Part shown: one piece after another, positions 27,370 through 35,794 of the stretch | Position numbering within the stretch: position 1 is the first letter of the stretch | Layout of the letters: each line of letters starts with the position of its first letter | Assembly: GCA_037142735.1 (NCBI GenBank) | Contig: JBAXAB010000002.1 | Span: 11,988-75,987, forward strand | DNA length: 64,000 nt | Source: a bacterium | Lineage (GTDB): Bacteria; Patescibacteriota; Minisyncoccia; Phycocordibacterales; CAIZLB01 | Direction of reading: 5' to 3' | Notes under the pieces: generated by a model | What the model was told of the DNA's origin: nothing | Databases searched by the model: none | Seen by the model: only the letters and a program-made list of their open reading frames with translations | Position numbers and translations under genes: made by a program

Positions 27370-28671
27370 TTATTTTGCCGGACCTACATATGTATACACA
27401 TATGTAGGCAGGCCTCTTCTGTCTCCAACCTTACTTCCCCAGTTTGATGTTGTATAGTCGCCCTTTGTCATTAGTCCTGTATTTGAGTTGTTTGCTATTA
27501 TCTGCCCATTGGTCCCAACAATTCCGGCGTGCCCAAATGTTCCTTGTGTTGGAGAAACTACTATATCCCCGGGTTGTGCGTCTGTTAGTCCTCCTGGCAC
27601 CAGCTTCCAATCAGGGTTCTGACCAAGCGCTTCAGCAAGGTTTGCTGTGCTCGCTCCTCCCCCTGCTTGTTTACCTGTGGCTTTTAATGTAACTGTGTTT
27701 ACTCCGTCAGCACACCCAACTCTATCGGAGGAACAAAAGTCTGATTGGTGTGTACCTACGGAATTTTCAGCTGTTCTTGCGATCGCTTCTCTTCCAGAAG
27801 ATCCGCTTATATCAGCAGAGCCTGTATTTGCAGCCGCTAAACTGCCCGGAACAGAGGCTGATGTTCCAGCTGAGGCAACACTTGTGCCCGCCCCAACACT
27901 TCCAAGTGCTGTCGTCGCCTTCGCATCCAACGAACAATTCGTCAACGCAGGATTGATTGTATTAAGTATCAACCATGTACCCAACGCTAAGGCTAAACCA
28001 AACAAAGCATTATCAACCTTTGTCCTCCCTTCTGACTTACCAAACAGTGAATCTGTTGTTGCATATTGAAAGCCACCAATCACAATCATGACTACAGCCA
28101 ACATTCCTGCTAGTGCAATACCAATACGAAACCAAGAGTTTAACAACTTACACAGAGAGTTACTGTCTTGGGTGATTTGATATATCTTTCCTTTGCTCTC
28201 GTCTGTTCCTATAAATGTACCAACAGGTGCAAGAAGTGTGTAGTTACAGATTCCGTTTTTGCAGATGTTGGTGGAAGTGTCTTTGTAAGTTGGGGTAGGG
28301 TTTTTTTCTGCTTGTGCTGCATAATAGCGAGAGTCTGGGTACATGTTTGGCACCAGGCTGTCTGCGGGTTTCGCCAAGTAAGCACTATAGTCAAAGTTTG
28401 ATGTGGGAGAAGGGCTCATTGTAGGACTTCCCCCTAGTTTGTCTGGACCGGCAACCACTGTTCCTGCAGCGTTTGATGTGTCAACGTTCAGTCGTTGCGT
28501 AGTGTAGGGTAGTTTTACACTAGTGACCGCAGGAGCATTTTCTTTTATGTCTGGTAGCGGTGGCAAGGGTGATATTACATCTTGCTGAGCCAGAACAGAA
28601 ATGGGTGTAACTAAAAGGAGTAGTAAAACAGTTGAAAATATTAACTTTAAATTAAAGAAACTTTTATTCAC
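27370..28671 (-). CDS. VirB2/TrbC-like pilin module fused to C-terminal CHAP peptidoglycan hydrolase domain
   Basis: signal peptide; NGICNYTLLAPVG (compare VirB2 NNICTFILGPFG) then two TM helices separated by a charged loop; C-terminus has CHAP-type Cys...His (FCSSDRVGCADG ... GHAGIVG). Confidence 0.55.
   Translation of the reverse strand: MNKSFFNLKLIFSTVLLLLLVTPISVLAQQDVISPLPPLPDIKENAPAVTSVKLPYTTQRLNVDTSNAAGTVVAGPDKLGGSPTMSPSPTSNFDYSAYLAKPADSLVPNMYPDSRYYAAQAEKNPTPTYKDTSTNICKNGICNYTLLAPVGTFIGTDESKGKIYQITQDSNSLCKLLNSWFRIGIALAGMLAVVMIVIGGFQYATTDSLFGKSEGRTKVDNALFGLALALGTWLILNTINPALTNCSLDAKATTALGSVGAGTSVASAGTSASVPGSLAAANTGSADISGSSGREAIARTAENSVGTHQSDFCSSDRVGCADGVNTVTLKATGKQAGGGASTANLAEALGQNPDWKLVPGGLTDAQPGDIVVSPTQGTFGHAGIVGTNGQIIANNSNTGLMTKGDYTTSNWGSKVGDRRGLPTYVYTYVGPAK
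27911..28175. repeat. 265-bp nucleotide-identical repeat, copy 1
   Basis: identical to 29315-29579; similarity continues more loosely for about 110 bp beyond. Confidence 0.85.
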
Positions 28672-28716
28672 TTTTTTATTATATCAAAAATAAACAAAAT
28701 AAGTTTATGTAAAAAA

Positions 28717-30216
28717 CTACTCTCCGCGGTTTGCAGGTCCCCAGTAACCGTTTGGCCCACTGATATATCCCCTCTCTTGTATTACTCTTTTCATTATGTC
28801 TACACTGGATTTAATACTTAAGATCGGGTCACCTAGAACATCTTGTGGGGTGACTCCGTTATTTCTTGCAACTACTATTACCTCAGGGTCTCTTACACTA
28901 AGTGAAAACAACCCTTCTGAAGAAAATGAGGATTTTCCGTCCAGCTTGTGTGCAACAGTGTTGTCTTTCGCATTGAATCCTGTTGTCTCTTTGTTTGCAA
29001 TGCTTACAAATAAGCTTGCCCATTGGTCCTGGGTTGGATTTCCATTTGGAAAATATTTTGCTGAGTCTGAAGGACTTAAATTCATTATTCCAGAATCTTT
29101 AATATCCTGTATTAAAGCCTCGTTCCATGTTTGGTCTGGAAACATTAGACCAGCTTGGGTGTTGGCTACTATAGACCCTGGGCCTTTTACACCATAAGAA
29201 GCACCTGATCCTAAGTCCAATGTTCCGTTTGTTGCATTTCTCATTACTGTCCCGCCCGCCAGGGCCCCTGTCATCATTCCGTCACTGACTGTCGCCACCG
29301 TACTATTAATCGCCGTCGTCGCCTTCGCATCCAACGAACAATTCGTCAACGCAGGATTGATTGTATTAAGTATCAACCATGTACCCAACGCTAAGGCTAA
29401 ACCAAACAAAGCATTATCAACCTTTGTCCTCCCTTCTGACTTACCAAACAGTGAATCTGTTGTTGCATATTGAAAGCCACCAATCACAATCATGACTACA
29501 GCCAACATTCCTGCTAGTGCAATACCAATACGAAACCAAGAGTTTAACAACTTACACAGAGAGTTACTGTCTTGGGTGAATTGATACACCGTTCCGTTGC
29601 TTTTATTCCCCAAGAACGTGCCTATTGGTGCAAGAAGTGTGTAGTTACAGATTCCGTTTTGGCAGATGTTGGCGGAGTTTGCGGTTCCGTTAGTTGTTCC
29701 ACCTTGAGTCACATTATTATTTCTACCGGTAGGCCAATTCCAGGTATCTGGACCTTGTTGGAATAGAGACTTTTCCTGTTTTACAGCTTCATCCCCAACT
29801 ATATCGCTGTTTGGAAAAGGTAACGCCCCTGTGTTGTTTGAGTACGAACCATCTAGGTTTAGGGTGTATCCTGTCCCGTCACCTGTTAAAGTGGTAGACG
29901 GTTTGCCGTCAGTGCCCAACTGCAAGTGTTGGCTGGTTATAGACGTGTTAGGTGAATATGGTGTTAAGTCTGAACCACTGAAGTCTCCATTCGCAGGTCC
30001 TGTAAGTGCTTTTGTGTCGGCCGGTTTGTTATTTGCTGTACCGCTCAACCCACCGCCTAGCACTACTGTTTTTTGGCCTGGGCCAGTAACAGCTTCGTTG
30101 GGCACTCCTTCTGGTAGTGGGGGTAGATCATCAGCTTTCGCGTAAATAGGTGTAACTAAAATTGCTAGTATATAAAAAGTGAGTATTGATTTATGTTTAA
30201 AGAAACTTTTATTCAC
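28717..30216 (-). CDS. VirB2/TrbC-like pilin module fused to C-terminal putative lysozyme-like/lytic transglycosylase domain
   Basis: paralog of 27370-28671 with the same central pilin module; different N-terminal region and a different C-terminal domain (ANKETTGF...SEGLFSLSV, tentatively SLT-like). Confidence 0.5.
   Translation of the reverse strand: MNKSFFKHKSILTFYILAILVTPIYAKADDLPPLPEGVPNEAVTGPGQKTVVLGGGLSGTANNKPADTKALTGPANGDFSGSDLTPYSPNTSITSQHLQLGTDGKPSTTLTGDGTGYTLNLDGSYSNNTGALPFPNSDIVGDEAVKQEKSLFQQGPDTWNWPTGRNNNVTQGGTTNGTANSANICQNGICNYTLLAPIGTFLGNKSNGTVYQFTQDSNSLCKLLNSWFRIGIALAGMLAVVMIVIGGFQYATTDSLFGKSEGRTKVDNALFGLALALGTWLILNTINPALTNCSLDAKATTAINSTVATVSDGMMTGALAGGTVMRNATNGTLDLGSGASYGVKGPGSIVANTQAGLMFPDQTWNEALIQDIKDSGIMNLSPSDSAKYFPNGNPTQDQWASLFVSIANKETTGFNAKDNTVAHKLDGKSSFSSEGLFSLSVRDPEVIVVARNNGVTPQDVLGDPILSIKSSVDIMKRVIQERGYISGPNGYWGPANRGE
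29315..29579. repeat. 265-bp nucleotide-identical repeat, copy 2
   Basis: identical to 27911-28175. Confidence 0.85.
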
Positions 30217-30263
30217 CTTTTTATTATATCAAATCTGACCTCTCAGTAATACCAAAAAAACTA

Positions 30264-31388
30264 TTAATAGATAAGGTCAAGTTGAGTTCCGGCCTGCTGC
30301 AGAACTTTGTCGCCATTTGAGGCAGACACATCAATTGTAGACTGGCCGCTATCTTGTTTCACTTTTTGTAACACAAGAAAATCTTGATTTTGAGGTAGGG
30401 TGTCTAATGTTGTCCCGTTTATTTTCCATACATATGGAATAGATTTTTTACTGCCAGTACTAAAGAAATATGGATAAGCTCCCATTTGTAAATCCTGGGC
30501 TCCAAAATTGTATGTTCCAATTGCTGCTGTGTTAAATATAGGTCCATAAGTTGGATGGATCTCATACATTACTAATGCGGGCTGGACCGGTCCAACATCT
30601 AGACTTCCTACACCTGTAGAATCTTTATTAAAGGGGTCATAGGCTGTCACCTCTACCGAGGTCGGTTTCGCTAGGATGGATCCTGAAAAATCATAGAAGT
30701 TTTTTCCATAACCAGATTTGTCTGCATAGTTTGTATGGTCAATTCTCCAATTATAGATGGCCTTAGAAGGTTGAATTTTTGCTCCAACATCATTTGTGAT
30801 ATTTGGCATGGCCACGAATTGCACATATGCTTCTGGTGTGTACAGAGCTTTTCCTTTATAGAAAGGGGGTGTGTATGTATTAGCTTGCCAAAGCACATCC
30901 ACATCAGAAGGTTTAAAATTGAAGTTTTTAATAACTTCTGCACCGTATTTTGGTTGAATATGAAGTTCAATTTTGTTTGATTGCCCGTCCGTCCCTGCTT
31001 TAAATATGAACTGCTTTTCACCTTGCCCCTTAAGAACGCTCTTTCCATTCATGACCCAATTTATCTGAGCGGCATCTATGTCTATTCCTCCGTATGCACT
31101 TACATTAATAGTCACCGTCTCTCCTGGTTGTGGCACCTCCGGGTTCACATCAACAGATACTTGTTCTTTGATATCAGGTTCCTTGGCGCTAAGTGGAAGT
31201 TTAGCCTGCTCCTCAGGTGACAGATTTGCGTAGGGGTTTGGTAATATCAAAACATGAGGTTCTGTAGAGGTTGCAGATGTGTTGATGTCTTGGGCTTTAA
31301 CTAAACCTGCACCAAAAAATAGAATCAAAAAAGATAAGAGAAATATAAAAAAATATTTACGAGTAAACTTTTTATTCATCGATTTCAT
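30264..31388 (-). CDS. hypothetical secreted beta-rich protein
   Basis: 374 aa with signal peptide; no catalytic motif recognised. Confidence 0.45.
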   Translation of the reverse strand: MKSMNKKFTRKYFFIFLLSFLILFFGAGLVKAQDINTSATSTEPHVLILPNPYANLSPEEQAKLPLSAKEPDIKEQVSVDVNPEVPQPGETVTINVSAYGGIDIDAAQINWVMNGKSVLKGQGEKQFIFKAGTDGQSNKIELHIQPKYGAEVIKNFNFKPSDVDVLWQANTYTPPFYKGKALYTPEAYVQFVAMPNITNDVGAKIQPSKAIYNWRIDHTNYADKSGYGKNFYDFSGSILAKPTSVEVTAYDPFNKDSTGVGSLDVGPVQPALVMYEIHPTYGPIFNTAAIGTYNFGAQDLQMGAYPYFFSTGSKKSIPYVWKINGTTLDTLPQNQDFLVLQKVKQDSGQSTIDVSASNGDKVLQQAGTQLDLIY

Positions 31389-31418
31389 TATAACACTATT
31401 TACTTGTGACCCGCATCA

Positions 31419-31862
31419 CTACTTACCAACAATCTGCTTAAGCTTCTTCCCACCAGAAATTGCGATTTTCATATATATGATTTCACAAGTCCACTTTGGA
31501 AAAGCATTCAAAACGGGTATAAAACCTACGATTCCCACAATGACAGTCACTAATCCTCTAGATCCTTTGGTAAACTTTATCCCCTTCATTTTGAACCAAA
31601 TCCAGAAACTAAGTATGGCTGCTGGAGTAATCGTGACATCTTCCAAGAATCCACCCGCAATCGGTATTAAGTTCATTAAAAAACAACCTACATCAAAGAT
31701 TATTGCTAAAATTAACATTAAGAAAAAAGTTCCCCAAGGTAGGTCTGGATCGTCATCTTTAATTACTCCTGCGGCCGCTACCTTGGCCTTAATTTTTTGA
31801 TCTGCGAGTCTCGCATCCTCCACACCAGCCATTTCTTCAATTGTTGCTTCTGCGCTACTCAT
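31419..31862 (-). CDS. hypothetical small membrane protein
   Basis: 147 aa, three to four TM helices; overlaps the upstream VirB4-like gene by 8 nt. Confidence 0.4.
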   Translation of the reverse strand: MSSAEATIEEMAGVEDARLADQKIKAKVAAAGVIKDDDPDLPWGTFFLMLILAIIFDVGCFLMNLIPIAGGFLEDVTITPAAILSFWIWFKMKGIKFTKGSRGLVTVIVGIVGFIPVLNAFPKWTCEIIYMKIAISGGKKLKQIVGK

Positions 31863-33732
31863 TTATTCTTCCGAGGGCTGACTTTAACTTGTCGCTTCGC
31901 TCTTTACCCTCTTCTATGCTTTTTGTTGCCAAGTCCTCTTTTGCTTTTTTCATCGCTAGAATTTCTGATGGTTTTGTCGTAATGATCTGTTCTTCTGTGT
32001 ACGAAGCAATGATTTTAATCGCTACGTGTTTCAGTCCTGCAAAGAAGATCCCCTCTCCTACGTCTGATTCAAGAAGTAAATATTTTTCCTCATCTGTTAA
32101 GTTGAATGTCTTTTGAACAATATCAATAGATGATGGAGACTGTTTCAAGAGAACTTGAATTGAAGAGTTGGTAATGATTGGTAATCCATATGGAGACTTA
32201 AGGAAGTCCTCAACGTCTTGTGTGATTGTTGCCATACCTAAATAATATTTTCGTCCTCTCTTTGCTAGTCCATACAAGAATGAGGCTGTGTCGTCTGATT
32301 TCATCATCCACCACGCTTCATCGATAACAAGAAGGCGTTTTTTGATTTCTTTTCGAATAGAGTTCCAAATGAAGTGCATCACGATGTACATTGCGATTGG
32401 CTTCAATTCGTCTTCCATGTCTCGAAGTGAGAACACCACGAATTTTTTATTTATGTCCACGTTTGAAGGGCGGTTGATGAAACCTGCCCACGTACCCTTT
32501 GTGTATTTTGTGAGACGTTGTGCCAGGGACTCTCCCCCTTCCATGCCAGCCAGTACCAATTCGAAATCTGACATTAGGGGCGGTTCGACTGCTGCAAAAT
32601 TTGAATCGGCGGTGATGTCTTTTAATGCATATGTTTCGCTGATGGCTCGGTCAATAATCGCATCTTCTTCAGGTGTTAATCCTCCCAACATAATTCTGAA
32701 AAGTCCCACCAAGTTAACAATGTTTGAACGTAAAATATCAGCTGGAGCTTCGTCTTCGCGTGGTACCGGCAAATCAAACGGGTTGATGTGGTGTTCAGAT
32801 GTAAGGGAGATGTTGAAATATCTTCCACCTGTCGCTTCTGCGAGGTATTCGTATTCTTTTTCAGGATCAAGAACGATTACATCTGTATCAAACATAAGGC
32901 TTCTCAAGATTTCCAGTTTTGTGGCAAAAGATTTACCAGAACCTGCCTTGGCAAAAGTCACTGAGTTGTAGTTTTCCAGAGAAAATCTATCAAACAAAAT
33001 TAAACTTGAATTGTGACGATTGATGCCATAAAGGATTCCCTTATCTGAGGTAAGGTCAAATGAAATGAATGGAAAAAGACTAGAAAGTGGTGAAGAGTTT
33101 AGTTTAGAGTGCACCAATAATTCGTCCTTTGCTATAGGTAAAATACTTCGATAACCCTGCTCTTGTTGGAAGAGTGCCGGTTTGATGTAAATAAGCGCTG
33201 ATTCAAGGATGGATTTGATCTCAGACTCGATCTTGTCCAACTCTGTTTCACTTTCTCCGTAGACGGAGATGTACAAGCCAACATCGAATAGTTTTTCTTG
33301 AGCTTGTTGCAAGTTGTCTCGCAAGGCTTCTAGGTCTTGGTACGCAGTATCGAGCATCGGGTCTCGAACCAACCCCTTCTCTTCTCGCATGTGGATCTGG
33401 CTTTGGACTTCGGCTACTTTCTTTTGAAATTGGCGAAGCACTGTAGCTGTATCAATCGGGTGAATGAATATTGAAATATCAAAAATTTTATCTAGGTTAA
33501 TGATTGGAGAAAACCAACCTTCGTTTAGAAATCTCGGGTATGAGATAACAAAAAATGTTCTCACAATCTTGTCTCCAAGGTTAAGACCTCGCGGTGTTAC
33601 CTTAAGCGCAGACGGGGCGATAATGTCCTGTAATTCTAAGACCCCCGCTTCATATATTTCCTGAGGAAGAATCGAAGTGAGCGAATTCTTTTCTTTTTCT
33701 TTTTTGGATTTTAAAAAGTCTAATATTCCCAT
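31855..33732 (-). CDS. VirB4/TrbE/CagE-like type IV secretion ATPase (C-terminal ATPase body)
   Basis: 625 aa; Walker A FAKAGSGKS, Walker B LLVIDEAWWMM, VirB4-like C-terminal motifs. Confidence 0.7.
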   Translation of the reverse strand: MGILDFLKSKKEKEKNSLTSILPQEIYEAGVLELQDIIAPSALKVTPRGLNLGDKIVRTFFVISYPRFLNEGWFSPIINLDKIFDISIFIHPIDTATVLRQFQKKVAEVQSQIHMREEKGLVRDPMLDTAYQDLEALRDNLQQAQEKLFDVGLYISVYGESETELDKIESEIKSILESALIYIKPALFQQEQGYRSILPIAKDELLVHSKLNSSPLSSLFPFISFDLTSDKGILYGINRHNSSLILFDRFSLENYNSVTFAKAGSGKSFATKLEILRSLMFDTDVIVLDPEKEYEYLAEATGGRYFNISLTSEHHINPFDLPVPREDEAPADILRSNIVNLVGLFRIMLGGLTPEEDAIIDRAISETYALKDITADSNFAAVEPPLMSDFELVLAGMEGGESLAQRLTKYTKGTWAGFINRPSNVDINKKFVVFSLRDMEDELKPIAMYIVMHFIWNSIRKEIKKRLLVIDEAWWMMKSDDTASFLYGLAKRGRKYYLGMATITQDVEDFLKSPYGLPIITNSSIQVLLKQSPSSIDIVQKTFNLTDEEKYLLLESDVGEGIFFAGLKHVAIKIIASYTEEQIITTKPSEILAMKKAKEDLATKSIEEGKERSDKLKSALGRINE

Positions 33733-33737
33733 GGTGT

Positions 33738-34382
33738 TTATTTTTGTGGTACGTGAATTGGTTTATCTACGTCGCCTGGGTTAAAGATTTTATAGAAGAC
33801 TTCAACCAGTTCTTCTGTGCCTAATTGTACAACACGAATACCACAACGAACCAATCCTTGCTGTACTACCTCGAGACGTTGAATAAGTTGACTGCGGTGT
33901 TCTTCGAAATTGGCTGTTTTGTCTGCTGACTCCTCTGCTTTACTCTTTTTTGAAAAGAAACTAGATGCCAGACTACTCTTCCCTCCTAGGATTGGTGGTG
34001 TGTATGGAATAACGATGAAAAAGTTTTTAGTCATGATGTTCGTCTGCTCTGTAAAACTTTTGATGAACTCTATATATTCACGTGTCTGTAAGCGCATTAA
34101 ATCAGTTGATTGATCCTTGTAACGAGTTTCAAGAAGGGCGATGTATGGTCGAATGTCCAAGCGTCGTGATTGAACACTGATCTGAACCGAGAAATTCAAA
34201 GAGTTTAGAAAGTTCTGGAATTGAAACGTGATAGCTTGTTGCTCATCGGCAGATTTCAATGCAAAGTTTAATGACGAAGCAAGCAAGACCGCACGCATAG
34301 ATCCGTCTTTTAAAATCAACACACCATCACGAACCTCTTTTATTGGGACAAATGATTGTGTTGGAGAAGCGTCTAGTACCAT
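33738..34382 (-). CDS. VirB4 N-terminal-domain-like protein (separate ORF)
   Basis: 214 aa ending 5 nt before the ATPase ORF start, in a different frame; pattern resembles the N-terminal region of Gram-positive VirB4 homologs. Confidence 0.4.
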   Translation of the reverse strand: MVLDASPTQSFVPIKEVRDGVLILKDGSMRAVLLASSLNFALKSADEQQAITFQFQNFLNSLNFSVQISVQSRRLDIRPYIALLETRYKDQSTDLMRLQTREYIEFIKSFTEQTNIMTKNFFIVIPYTPPILGGKSSLASSFFSKKSKAEESADKTANFEEHRSQLIQRLEVVQQGLVRCGIRVVQLGTEELVEVFYKIFNPGDVDKPIHVPQK

Positions 34383-34403
34383 ATTGTTAAAAGTATAACA
34401 TTT

Positions 34404-34877
34404 TTAAAATGGTTTTGTATTTGGAACAGTGCTGCCATGAATCATACCTCCTTGTTCGTGTGAATATATAGTGTCATTTATGTCCAAGCTCCAGCTCAAT
34501 TCTTTTAATTTACTGTCAGACAATTTTGGCACAGCGTTCCATGGCATAAAACTTGCAATAGCTTTTTCCTCGATCTCCTTTTCTGTTTGTGGTTTCTTCT
34601 CTTCCTTTTTCCATATATAAAGCCGATTTTTAGTGAAATATTCAAAGGCAGATTGAATGACGTCAATCATGGGGCGTCCGTTCACTTTGTAGAATGCCAT
34701 CATGATACCTAAAATTATAAAGGGTATGGCAGCAACTATGCCAATAAAAGTTGGAAGTAATTTGTACGCAAGAAAAGCTGCCCCTGCCCCTCCAGCCAAG
34801 TATGCGAATTGCTTAAATGTAAATGGTCCGAAAATTTTATCCTCTACTTCGATGAACTGAGGGACTTGGTACTTCAT
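34404..34877 (-). CDS. PrgI/VirB3-like small membrane protein
   Basis: N-terminus MKYQVPQFIEVEDKIFGPFTFKQFAYLAGGAGAAFL, characteristic of the PrgI family; two TM helices. Confidence 0.5.
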   Translation of the reverse strand: MKYQVPQFIEVEDKIFGPFTFKQFAYLAGGAGAAFLAYKLLPTFIGIVAAIPFIILGIMMAFYKVNGRPMIDVIQSAFEYFTKNRLYIWKKEEKKPQTEKEIEEKAIASFMPWNAVPKLSDSKLKELSWSLDINDTIYSHEQGGMIHGSTVPNTKPF

Positions 34878-34894
34878 GCAGGGATTATACCAGA

Positions 34895-35785
34895 TTAAAT
34901 AACTTCCTTGTATGGATCTGTACTTGGAGATGAGACTACAACTGATGAACTTTTTTGAGCGATGGGGTCAACGGTCAATTTTGGAACAACAGCGCCTGTT
35001 GTTTTTGCTGGCAAGATGACTGGCGTTTCCGCAGGGAGATTGCTTGGTTTTTCAGCCTTAACTTCAGGTGTTTTTGGTGATAGAGGTGCGTGGTGAATTG
35101 CCTTTTCTATTTCGTTTGCATCGTTCCATTTGACCTTGTTGGAACCACCTCCCATCACATCAGCATAGCTCTTTGAGCCGGAAACCTTTTTTATGGGGCT
35201 ATTCTCCATTTTAAATGGTTCAGCAGGTTTAATTTGTTGTAGTGAAGAGTGAGGGTTTTCAATTCCATGGAGAATATCCGCATGAGTCAAGGTTGTTCCA
35301 TTGTTGTGCTTCTTAGGCTCTTCGTCTGTAATTGATTCGTTGTATAAAGACTTTGGGTGGAATTCCTGAGGCGATGGAACTGATGGATTTATGGCTACGT
35401 TTGTAGTTTTGTCCTCCCCTTCTATTTTAGACTCGTCAATTTCAATGTCTTTATAGTCTTCCAACATTGTATTTATGTAATCTTGGATAGATTTTCTGAC
35501 AGGCTCTATGATGTTTGTATTAGTGTCGTCTGTTAGTTCTTTGGCCGTTACAGGAGCAAGTTTGAAGTCCGAAACCAATTTTGCGGTAAAGTCCGCTGGC
35601 TTCATGTCAGCGAACATAACTCGGAAAGTCATGTCTTCTAGGTCGTCGGCCTGGTCAAGATGAAGCTTGTACTTGTTTATCAGAGACGTGAATCCTCCTG
35701 TGAAGTTGAATTCAAGAACCACAGAGGCGATCTCGGGTGGTAACTTGTCTGTGCTTTCGAATAAATAATCAAATCCTTTTTTCAT
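34895..35785 (-). CDS. hypothetical protein
   Basis: 296-aa ORF in the operon, Pro/Lys/Glu-rich C-terminal half. Confidence 0.4.
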   Translation of the reverse strand: MKKGFDYLFESTDKLPPEIASVVLEFNFTGGFTSLINKYKLHLDQADDLEDMTFRVMFADMKPADFTAKLVSDFKLAPVTAKELTDDTNTNIIEPVRKSIQDYINTMLEDYKDIEIDESKIEGEDKTTNVAINPSVPSPQEFHPKSLYNESITDEEPKKHNNGTTLTHADILHGIENPHSSLQQIKPAEPFKMENSPIKKVSGSKSYADVMGGGSNKVKWNDANEIEKAIHHAPLSPKTPEVKAEKPSNLPAETPVILPAKTTGAVVPKLTVDPIAQKSSSVVVSSPSTDPYKEVI

Positions 35786-35794
35786 AGTGGTTTT

